From positions 36,880 through 100,879 of the forward strand of contig JAHFGX010000001.1 of assembly GCA_023247215.1 (NCBI GenBank): 64,000 nucleotides of DNA. The letters run 5' to 3'. Each line of letters starts with the position of its first letter. Within the stretch, counting starts at the first letter, position 1. The notes beneath the pieces are model-generated. The model was not told the DNA's origin. It saw only the letters and a list, made by a program, of their open reading frames with translations, and made no database searches. This DNA is from Candidatus Omnitrophota bacterium (GTDB lineage Bacteria > Omnitrophota > Gorgyraeia > Aquiviventales > Aquiviventaceae). Made by a program: the position numbers and the translations under genes. Positions 19,077 to 26,769 of the stretch are shown in pieces.

Positions 19077-20227
19077 TACCAACCGCTCGACCGTCGCTCG
19101 GGCAGGAGGAGCTCAACGCCGTTGGGGAGGTTTTCAGCAGCGGCTGGCTGGGATTGGGCTCGACCACCTATGAATTCGAGGAGGCCATCAAGCGGCGGCT
19201 TGGCGCGGCATATGTGGTGGCGGTGAATACCGGGTCCTCCGCGCTCCATCTGGCCATCGAGGCGTTTGGGATCGGGGCCGGGGATGAGGTGATCGTTCCC
19301 TCCTTGACCTTCGCCGCCTCGGTGCAGGCGATCATTGCCGCCGGCGCGCGGCCGGTCTTCTGCGACGTGGACGAAGATACCTTGCTGATGGATGCGGCGG
19401 ATGTGGAGCGGCGCGTGACACCCCGCACCCGCGGGGTGATGCCGGTGCACTACTGCGGGCAGCCGTGCGACATGGACCGGCTGCTCGTGCTGGCCGAGCG
19501 CCAGGGGTTCGCGGTCATCGAGGACGCCGCCCACGCGTTCGGCTCCACGTCGCGCGGCCGGATCATCGGCAGCTTCGGCCATGCGACCTGCTTCAGCTTC
19601 GATCCGATCAAGACCATCACCTGTGGCGAGGGGGGCGCGGTGGCGCTGGCCGACGGCGAGGCGGCCGAGCGGCTGCGCCGGATGCGGCTGTTGGGCATTG
19701 ACAAGGATGCCTGGCGGCGCCAGGGGCAGGCGAAGAGCTGGTGGTACGAGGTAACCGCGCCGGGCTGGCGCTACCACCTGCCGAATTTCTGCGCGGCGAT
19801 CGGGCTGGCGCAGCTGCGCCGGCTCGACGAGATCATCGCTCGGAGGCGGGCGGTGTGCCTGGCGTACGACGCGGCGTTCGGCGAGCTGGCGTCCGTCCGC
19901 CCGCTCCGCGTGAATTATGAGGAGACCGCCCCGCAGCTCTACATCGTCAAGGTGCCGGCGGACGCCCGGGGCCGATTCATGGAGTTCCTGGCGGCGCGCG
20001 GCGTCGGCACCGGCGTCCATTATCTGCCGAACCACCGCCAGCCGTTCTTTGCGCCCTATGCCGCCGGGGCGTTGCCGCGCACCGACCGCGTGGCGGGAGA
20101 GATCGTGACGCTGCCGCTGTATACCGACCTGACCGATGCGGAGGTGGGGACGGTGGTCGAGACGGTGAGGGCGTTCGACCGGATGGTGGCGAGGGCGGTC
20201 TGTGCAACGCCGACGAGGGCGTCCTAA
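19073..20227 (+). CDS. DegT/DnrJ/EryC1/StrS family PLP-dependent sugar aminotransferase
   Basis: N-terminal RPSLGQEELNAVGEVFSSGWL; the SFDPIKTIT region is the likely Lys-PLP site; 384 aa. ATGA overlap. Confidence 0.85.
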   Translation: MIPTARPSLGQEELNAVGEVFSSGWLGLGSTTYEFEEAIKRRLGAAYVVAVNTGSSALHLAIEAFGIGAGDEVIVPSLTFAASVQAIIAAGARPVFCDVDEDTLLMDAADVERRVTPRTRGVMPVHYCGQPCDMDRLLVLAERQGFAVIEDAAHAFGSTSRGRIIGSFGHATCFSFDPIKTITCGEGGAVALADGEAAERLRRMRLLGIDKDAWRRQGQAKSWWYEVTAPGWRYHLPNFCAAIGLAQLRRLDEIIARRRAVCLAYDAAFGELASVRPLRVNYEETAPQLYIVKVPADARGRFMEFLAARGVGTGVHYLPNHRQPFFAPYAAGALPRTDRVAGEIVTLPLYTDLTDAEVGTVVETVRAFDRMVARAVCATPTRAS

Positions 20228-21855
20228 TGACGACCGACCTGCGCGTGCTCGACTGCACCCTCCGCGACGGCGGGTACTACAACGAGTGGAACTTTCCCCG
20301 CCCGGTGGTGGACCGCTATCTCCAGGCGCTGCAGTCGGCCCGGGTGGACGCCATTGAAATCGGGTTCCGATTGCTCCCAGAGGACCGCTTCTTGGGCCCC
20401 TATGCCTACTCCACCGACGCGTTCCTCAAGACGCTGCCCCTTCCTAAGGAGGCGCTCCTGGGGGTGATGGTGAATGCGAAATCCCTCCTCGCCTCTGCGG
20501 ACGGTCCGGAGGCGGCGCTCGCGTCGCTGTTTCAGAAGGCGGATCGCTCCCCGGTCCGGCTGGTTCGCATTGCCGCGCACTTCGATGACGTGGCGCGCAG
20601 CGAGGCGATCGCCTGCTGGTTGAAGGCCCAGGGGTACCTGGTGGGGATCAACCTCATGCAGGCCGCCGGCAAATCGGACGAGGAGTTGCAGCACGCCGGG
20701 GCCGCCATCCAGCGGTGGGGGGCCGTGCACGTGCTCTATTTCGCGGATTCGCTGGGCAACATGACGCCCCCGCGCGTGGCCGCGACGATCCGCGGACTGC
20801 GGCACGGCTGGCAGGGACCGCTGGGCATCCACGCCCATGACAATATGGGGCAGGCCGCGGCCAATTGCCTCGCGGCCACTGACGGCGGAGTCGCCTGGGT
20901 GGACGGAACGATCCTGGGCATGGGGCGGGGAGCCGGCAACGCGCGCACGGAGCATCTGCTCTTGGCCCTGAACGACCGAACGCCGAATCGCTACGCTCCG
21001 GAAGCGCTCTTTCCTATCGTCATGGAAGAGTTCGAGCAATTGCGGCGGCGGTATGGATGGGGCCCCAACCTCCTCTATTACTTGTCCGCCGCGTATTCGA
21101 TCCATCCGACGTTCGTCCAGGAGCTGATGGGCCGGGGGCATGACACGCACCACATGCTCGAGGCGCTGGAGTTTCTCCGGCGGTCAGGCGCGGCGATGTA
21201 CACGGATGAGATTCTGCATCAGGCGCTGTCCGGGAATGGGGGCGCCGGCGAGGGCGGGTGGTCCGCGCAGGGCTGGGCGCAGGGCAAAACCGTCATGATC
21301 GTCGCCCGCGGGCCGGGGATGCATCAGCACCTCGACGCGCTCTGCCGCTTCGTGGACGAGACGTCTCCGGTGGTGATCGCGCTGAACACGAACCCCGACT
21401 TTCCCAGGGAGAAGGTGACGGTGTTTGCCGCGTGCCACCGGATGCGGCTGCTGATGGATTTCAAGGACTACCAGCAGGGGGATCGGCCGCTGATCGCCCC
21501 GATTAGCATGATCCCCGACGAGGTGCGGGCCACACTGGTCCAGTCCCCATCGCTTCAGATTTTGGATTACGGGCTACGCGTCCAGCCGCGGACGTTCGAG
21601 GTGGGGCCCACCGGCTGCGTCATTCCGGGCTACGCGGTGGCCGCATATGCGATGGCGGTCGCCGAAGCCGCGGGGGCGGCGCGCATCCTGCTGGTGGGCT
21701 TCGACGGCTATGGGCCGGCCGATTCCCGGAGCCTGGAGATGTCGAATATCTTCCGGCTCTACCAGGCGCGGCCGACGACGGTGCCGCTGCTCGCGGTCAC
21801 CCCGACGACCTATGACATCCCGAAAAGCTCCGTCTACTCGCCGGGGCTGCGATGA
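20227..21855 (+). CDS. DRE-TIM metallolyase (HMGL-like / pyruvate-carboxyltransferase-type aldolase) with about 200-aa C-terminal extension
   Basis: LDCTLRDGGY (the LRDG metal-binding Asp of 4-hydroxy-2-oxovalerate aldolase, IPMS, HMG-CoA lyase) and IEIGF; HAHDNMG (H-x-H metal ligands). The C-terminal 340-542 has no recognisable family. Confidence 0.65.
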   Translation: MTTDLRVLDCTLRDGGYYNEWNFPRPVVDRYLQALQSARVDAIEIGFRLLPEDRFLGPYAYSTDAFLKTLPLPKEALLGVMVNAKSLLASADGPEAALASLFQKADRSPVRLVRIAAHFDDVARSEAIACWLKAQGYLVGINLMQAAGKSDEELQHAGAAIQRWGAVHVLYFADSLGNMTPPRVAATIRGLRHGWQGPLGIHAHDNMGQAAANCLAATDGGVAWVDGTILGMGRGAGNARTEHLLLALNDRTPNRYAPEALFPIVMEEFEQLRRRYGWGPNLLYYLSAAYSIHPTFVQELMGRGHDTHHMLEALEFLRRSGAAMYTDEILHQALSGNGGAGEGGWSAQGWAQGKTVMIVARGPGMHQHLDALCRFVDETSPVVIALNTNPDFPREKVTVFAACHRMRLLMDFKDYQQGDRPLIAPISMIPDEVRATLVQSPSLQILDYGLRVQPRTFEVGPTGCVIPGYAVAAYAMAVAEAAGAARILLVGFDGYGPADSRSLEMSNIFRLYQARPTTVPLLAVTPTTYDIPKSSVYSPGLR

Positions 21856-22610
21856 CGGCGCGCCTCGCCGTGCCGACGGTGCCGGCCGCATGGCTGGACG
21901 GGGCGCGGCACGTCTGTTGCGATAAAGACGGCGTCCTCGTGGACGTCCACCGGTACTGGACGCACACCTCGCGGCTGCGCGCGCAGCGCCTCGTGGAGCG
22001 GTTTCAGCTTCCGGCGGCCAGCGCGGACGGCCTGCTGCAGGCGATGGGCATTGACGCGGGCGCGGGGCGGATCCGGGCGCCGGGACCGGTGGGCTACGCG
22101 CCCCGGGCGGTCGTGATCGAGCATACCGCGCGCTACCTCGCGTCCCGGTCCGTGGCGGCCAGCGCGGAAGAGCTCCAAGACCTCTTCCGCGACGTGGACC
22201 AGCGGCAGCAGGCCGGGGAAGATTACGATGTGGCGATGCTGCCGGGAGTGCAGGAGTTTCTAGCCGGCGTGAAGCGGCGCGGGTGCCGGCTCTCGATCTA
22301 TACCTCGGACCGGCGGGATCATGCCCTGCGGATCCTGCATCGCCTGTCGCTCGATGCGTACGTGGACGAGGTGGTGGGGGGCGGGTGCGTGAGCCGGCCG
22401 AAGCCGGATCCGGAAGGGTTCCTCCTGGCGTGCGCGCGCGTCGGGGTGTTGCCTGAGGCGTCGGTGTATATCGGCGATACGGTCGAGGATCTCCAGATGG
22501 GTCGTGCCGGCGGCGCGAGCAAAGTGATCGGGGTGGCCAGCGGGTTGGGCAGCGCGCCGGAGCTGCTGGTCCAGACCCCCTATGTGTGCGAGCGGCTGGC
22601 CGATGGCTGA
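21852..22610 (+). CDS. HAD-IA family hydrolase (sugar phosphatase)
   Basis: Motif I CCDKDGVLVD (DxDGxL), S/T motif IYTSD, KPDPEG, and motif IV GDTVED. ATGA overlap. Confidence 0.7.
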   Translation: MTARLAVPTVPAAWLDGARHVCCDKDGVLVDVHRYWTHTSRLRAQRLVERFQLPAASADGLLQAMGIDAGAGRIRAPGPVGYAPRAVVIEHTARYLASRSVAASAEELQDLFRDVDQRQQAGEDYDVAMLPGVQEFLAGVKRRGCRLSIYTSDRRDHALRILHRLSLDAYVDEVVGGGCVSRPKPDPEGFLLACARVGVLPEASVYIGDTVEDLQMGRAGGASKVIGVASGLGSAPELLVQTPYVCERLADG

Positions 22611-23451
22611 GACGCTCTACAACGCGACGGCCGAGCTCGTGAAGGACGGCGGCGACGCCCGGGTGATCCGCGTGCTTCCGGATCAGCCGAAGGGCCGCCA
22701 CCTCGCCGGCCAGTACGGGAGCCTCGGCATGCCGTCGGAGGTTCATCCAGGTCGGTTGATCAAGCGGCCGTATTCGCTCTCGTGCTCCATGATCAATCTG
22801 GAGACGCGGCAGCTCATTGACGCCCAGGAGACCCCGTACTACGAGTTCTACTTTAACCGCGTGACGCCGAGGCCGGCCGGGCCGGAATCGCTGACCCCGA
22901 AGCTGTTCCGCCTGCGCAGCGGCGACCGGATCTTTTGCGGCCGGAAGATCACCGGGTACTACACGCTGCAGGACGTGCCGGCTGGACGCCACCTGCTGTT
23001 CATCAGCACGCTGACGGGGGAGTCAGCGAACAATGCGCTGATTGCGCAGGCCCTGCGGGAGGGCCGCTGGGGGCGGATCAGCCATCTGCTCGTCGGGACG
23101 AACGGCTGGCGCTCGCTCTACGAGGCGGAGCACGACGCCCTCATGCGCGCGATGCCGACGTACCGCTGCCGGACGCTCCGCGTGGAGACGTACGCGGCGG
23201 TGGAGGCGCGCTTGGCGGAGGGCCTTCGGGATGCGGCGCGGGCGGAGGACGAGCTGGGCTTCGCGTTGGATCCCGCGCGCAGCCACGTGTTCCTCTGCGG
23301 GGACCCGGCGCTGATCGGCGCGCCGGCCAAGCAGGGGGCCTGGCGCTATGTGACGCCGACGCATGGGGCGATCCCCATCCTGACGGCCGGCGGGTTCTCG
23401 CTTCGCACGCGGTTCAAGTTAGGGACGATCGAGTATGAAACCTATTGGTGA
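22603..23451 (+). CDS. Ferredoxin-NADP+ reductase-like FAD/NAD(P)-binding oxidoreductase
   Basis: RPYSLS (the RxYS FAD-binding motif of the FNR family). LLFISTLTGESANNA resembles the NAD(P)-binding GTG loop. 8-bp overlap with the HAD gene. Confidence 0.5.
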   Translation: MAETLYNATAELVKDGGDARVIRVLPDQPKGRHLAGQYGSLGMPSEVHPGRLIKRPYSLSCSMINLETRQLIDAQETPYYEFYFNRVTPRPAGPESLTPKLFRLRSGDRIFCGRKITGYYTLQDVPAGRHLLFISTLTGESANNALIAQALREGRWGRISHLLVGTNGWRSLYEAEHDALMRAMPTYRCRTLRVETYAAVEARLAEGLRDAARAEDELGFALDPARSHVFLCGDPALIGAPAKQGAWRYVTPTHGAIPILTAGGFSLRTRFKLGTIEYETYW

Positions 23452-24463
23452 ATCCATCGCGTGTGACCGCGTGGCGCTGCAGCGCCAGCTCCTCGCCTCC
23501 GGCCGGTTCTTCAAGCTGATCTGCGGCGCCGGCAACGAGGATGCGGAGGAGGTCTACAAGCTCTCGCTCGTCTACACGCTCGCGGGCGCGGCCGGCATCG
23601 ATCTGTCGGCCCGGCCGGACGTGGTGCGGGCCGCCCGCCGGGCGGTGGAGGACGCGCAGGCGCGGGTCAGGGCGGCCGGGCGGCCGGAGCCCCCATCTCC
23701 CTATCTGACGGTTTCGGTGGGCATGCCGGGCGATCCGCATGTGCGCAAGGCCCGCATTATCCAGGACGCCTGCACCCAGTGCAACGCCTGCATCCCGGTC
23801 TGTCCCACCGAGGCGATCCCGTCCTCCTTGGTCATCATCGAGAGCCGGTGCATCGGATGCGGGGCCTGCTCCGTGGCCTGCCAGGACGACGCGGTGTCGT
23901 ACACTCATAAGACGATCGAAATGGAAGCGGTGCTGCGCGATTGCCTGGCGGCCGGGGCGGAGAATATCGAGCTCCACGCCGCCGTCCGCGACCATGAGCC
24001 CGTCCTCAAGGAATGGGAGCTTGTCACCCGCCTCCTGCCCGGGCAGTTCGTGAGCGTCTGCCTGGACCGCGGGTACCTCTCGAACCGCGAGCTGCAGGTC
24101 CGGATCGAGCGGATGCTCGAGCTGGCGCACGGGCGGATGATCGTCCAGGCCGACGGGATTCCGATGAGCGGGGGTCGGGACGACTACAACACAACGCTGC
24201 AGGCGGTGGCGACGGCGGATGTCGTCGCCAAGACCAAGCTGCCGGTGCACCTGCTGCTGTCCGGCGGCACCAACGCCAAGACCGCCCAGCTCGCCCGCCT
24301 GTGCGGGGTGCCGTTTGCCGGCGTGTCGGTCGGGACGTTTGCCCGGCATCTGGTGTACGAGGAGATCAATGCCCCGGCGTTTCCGGGCGGCGGGACGCTG
24401 GAATCCGCCGTGGAGAAGGCAGACGCGTTGGTGCAGGCCTGCCTGCAAGACGGCTCGCCATGA
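23435..24463 (+). CDS. Ferredoxin-like protein with two 4Fe-4S cluster motifs plus about 200-aa C-terminal domain (possibly LdpA-like)
   Basis: CTQCNACIPVCP and CIGCGACSVAC, i.e. two CxxCxxCxxxC(P) motifs. 17-bp overlap with the FNR-like gene. Confidence 0.65.
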   Translation: MKPIGESIACDRVALQRQLLASGRFFKLICGAGNEDAEEVYKLSLVYTLAGAAGIDLSARPDVVRAARRAVEDAQARVRAAGRPEPPSPYLTVSVGMPGDPHVRKARIIQDACTQCNACIPVCPTEAIPSSLVIIESRCIGCGACSVACQDDAVSYTHKTIEMEAVLRDCLAAGAENIELHAAVRDHEPVLKEWELVTRLLPGQFVSVCLDRGYLSNRELQVRIERMLELAHGRMIVQADGIPMSGGRDDYNTTLQAVATADVVAKTKLPVHLLLSGGTNAKTAQLARLCGVPFAGVSVGTFARHLVYEEINAPAFPGGGTLESAVEKADALVQACLQDGSP

Positions 24464-25227
24464 GCCATGCGGGCCTGCGCGCAATCGGCATCATCCCGGC
24501 GCGGCTGCAGTCGTCCAGGCTGCCGGAGAAGGCGCTGGCCGACATCTGCGGCCTGCCCATGATCGTCCACGTGTATCAGCGCTGTGCGATGAGCCGCAGC
24601 CTGGACGCGGTCTATGTCGCGACCGATCACGAACGGATCCGGGAGGTTGTCACCGCCGCCGGGGGACAGGTGCTGATGACCGGCGCGCACCATCGGACGG
24701 GGACCGACCGCCTGGCCGAGGCGGCGGCGGCCCTGGAGTGCGACATCGTAGTCAACATCCAGGGGGATGAAGCGCTGGTGCGGCCGGAGCACATTGACGC
24801 GGGGGTGGCGGCCCTCCGCGAGGATCCCACGCTGAACGTCTCCATGTTGGTGAACCCGTTTCGGACGTACCAGTCGCCGTCGGACATCAAGGCGGTCCTG
24901 AACGAGCAGGGGGACGTCCTCTACTTCTCCAGGGCGGACATCCCGTCAGGGGCTCGGACGCCGGATCCTGAAATGCTGAAGGCGTATCACGTCGTGTCGT
25001 TCCGGAAGCCGTTGTTGCTGGCGTACGCGCAGTGGCCGCAGGGCCGCTTGGAGCGGATCGAGTACAACGAGTACCTGCGGATTCTGGAGCGGGGGCACCG
25101 CATCCGGGCGGTGCAGGTGGAGAGTGCGGCCGTCAGCGTGGATACGCCGGAGGATCTCGCCGTGGTCAGGCGCCTGATGGAGGCGGATACGCTCCGTCGG
25201 CGCTACCAGGAACAGGAGGTGCGATGA
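24460..25227 (+). CDS. kdsB: 3-deoxy-manno-octulosonate cytidylyltransferase family (CMP-Kdo synthetase KdsB/KpsU-like)
   Basis: Alignment by eye to E. coli KdsB: IIPARLQSSRLPEKAL, PMIVHVYQR, ATDHE, VNIQGDEA, LYFSRADIP, VDTPEDL. ATGA overlap. Confidence 0.85.
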   Translation: MSHAGLRAIGIIPARLQSSRLPEKALADICGLPMIVHVYQRCAMSRSLDAVYVATDHERIREVVTAAGGQVLMTGAHHRTGTDRLAEAAAALECDIVVNIQGDEALVRPEHIDAGVAALREDPTLNVSMLVNPFRTYQSPSDIKAVLNEQGDVLYFSRADIPSGARTPDPEMLKAYHVVSFRKPLLLAYAQWPQGRLERIEYNEYLRILERGHRIRAVQVESAAVSVDTPEDLAVVRRLMEADTLRRRYQEQEVR

Positions 25228-26756
25228 AGGTGTTGTTTCTCTATCCGAATCTCCGAGGCATGAACATGCTGCCGCCGGCGATTGCCATTCTCTCCGCGCT
25301 GCTGAAGCGGCACGGGGTGGAGTCCGAGCTCTTTGACACGACCTATTGGCGCATCCCGGGCGAGGACAACTTCGACAGCGACAAGGCCAAGGAAAAGAAC
25401 CTGAACGTGCGGCCGTTTGACTTCGCGGAGAAGGTGACCCTGCACGAGACGGACGTCTTCGAGGACTTCGAGAAGAAGGTCCAGTCATTCTCCCCCGACC
25501 TCATTGCGGTCTCGGCGACCGAAGATATGTTCCTGCTCGCCATCCGGCTGCTCGAGCGCGTCCGCTCGCGGGGGATCCCGACCCTCCTCGGAGGCGTGTT
25601 CGCCACCTTTGCGCCGGAGCTGGCCCTCAGCTATCCCCACATTGACATGGTGTGCGTGGGGGAAGGGGAGAAGTGCCTCGTGGAGCTGTGCGATCGGATG
25701 GGCCGCGGCCGCAGCTACGATGACGTGACGAACCTGTGGGTCAAGAAGCCGGACGGGTCGATCGTGAAAAATCTCATCACGGACCCGGTGGATTTGTCCG
25801 AGACCATGATCCCAGACATCGGCATCTTCGAGGAATCGCGCCTGTATCGTCCCATGGCCGGCCAGGTCTACCGGATGCTGCCCGTCGAGACGCACCGTGG
25901 CTGCCCGTTCACCTGCGCGTTCTGCAACTCCCCGTCCCAGGAGCGTTTCTACGAGCAGGAGACCGGCAAAAAGTTCCTTCGCGTCAAGCCGATGCCCAAA
26001 GTCCGCGAGGAGCTCCTCTATTACCGGGACGTCATCAAGGCCGAGTATTTCTACTTCTGGGCCGATACCTTCCTGGCATGGTCCCAGAAGCAGTTCGACG
26101 AGTTCTGCGAGATGTATGCCGACATCCGGATGCCCTTCTGGATTCAGACGCGCCCGGAGACGCTGACCGAGTATCGGGTCCGCCGGTTGAAGGCGGTGGG
26201 GCTGCACCGGGTGGCGTGCGGGATCGAGCATGGCAACGAGAAGTTCCGGCGCGAGCGGGTGGACCGGCGCATGAAGAACGACGACTTGGTCAAGTGGCTG
26301 CGGATTCTCAACGACGTCGGCGTGCCCTACAGCGTCAACAACATCGTCGGGTTCCCGACGGAGACGTATGAGCTGGCCTGGGATACGATCCGGCTCAACC
26401 GGCAGGTCAACGCGGACAACCATAACTGCTACTCCTTCTCGCCCTTCCACGGGACGCCGCTGCGCACGCTGGCGGAGCAGATGGGCTACATCACGCCGGA
26501 GGTCATCACCCGGTCGCTCACGCGGGACTCGATCTTGGACATGCCCCAGTTCCCTCGGACGCAGGTGGAAGGGTTCCGGCGGTGCTTCGTGATGTACGTG
26601 AAGTTCCCGGAGGAGCGGTGGCCGGAGATCAAGCAGGCGGAGGCCTTCACGCCGGAGGGGGATGCGATTTGGGAACGGTTGCGCGATGAGTTCGCCGCGA
26701 CCTTCTTTGCGTCGAAGCCAGAGGAGGAGTCCGGTGCCAACGCCATTCGCGCATAA
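25224..26756 (+). CDS. B12-binding-domain radical SAM enzyme (class B radical SAM methyltransferase-like)
   Basis: N-terminal cobalamin-binding Rossmann region (MKVLFLYPN ... LLGGVFAT). Radical SAM CxxxCxxC motif HRGCPFTCAFCNS; 510 aa. AGGAGG Shine-Dalgarno upstream and ATGA overlap with kdsB. Confidence 0.8.
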   Translation: MKVLFLYPNLRGMNMLPPAIAILSALLKRHGVESELFDTTYWRIPGEDNFDSDKAKEKNLNVRPFDFAEKVTLHETDVFEDFEKKVQSFSPDLIAVSATEDMFLLAIRLLERVRSRGIPTLLGGVFATFAPELALSYPHIDMVCVGEGEKCLVELCDRMGRGRSYDDVTNLWVKKPDGSIVKNLITDPVDLSETMIPDIGIFEESRLYRPMAGQVYRMLPVETHRGCPFTCAFCNSPSQERFYEQETGKKFLRVKPMPKVREELLYYRDVIKAEYFYFWADTFLAWSQKQFDEFCEMYADIRMPFWIQTRPETLTEYRVRRLKAVGLHRVACGIEHGNEKFRRERVDRRMKNDDLVKWLRILNDVGVPYSVNNIVGFPTETYELAWDTIRLNRQVNADNHNCYSFSPFHGTPLRTLAEQMGYITPEVITRSLTRDSILDMPQFPRTQVEGFRRCFVMYVKFPEERWPEIKQAEAFTPEGDAIWERLRDEFAATFFASKPEEESGANAIRA

Positions 26757-26769
26757 GAGCGCACGATGG

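Noticed and set aside
18971-20035. 354-aa minus-strand ORF antisense to the DegT aminotransferase, and similar long antisense ORFs elsewhere (for example 8103-9533, 23414-24484, 30950-32065, 56266-58035)
   Set aside because: All are antisense to genes with clear domain signatures and have Arg/Pro/Gly-rich low-complexity translations. These are stop-codon-poor frames in GC-rich DNA.
21574-22992. 472-aa minus-strand ORF (Pro/Arg/Ala-rich) antisense to the HAD and FNR-like genes
   Set aside because: Low-complexity composition typical of high-GC shadow ORFs. It overlaps well-supported + strand genes that have clear catalytic motifs.
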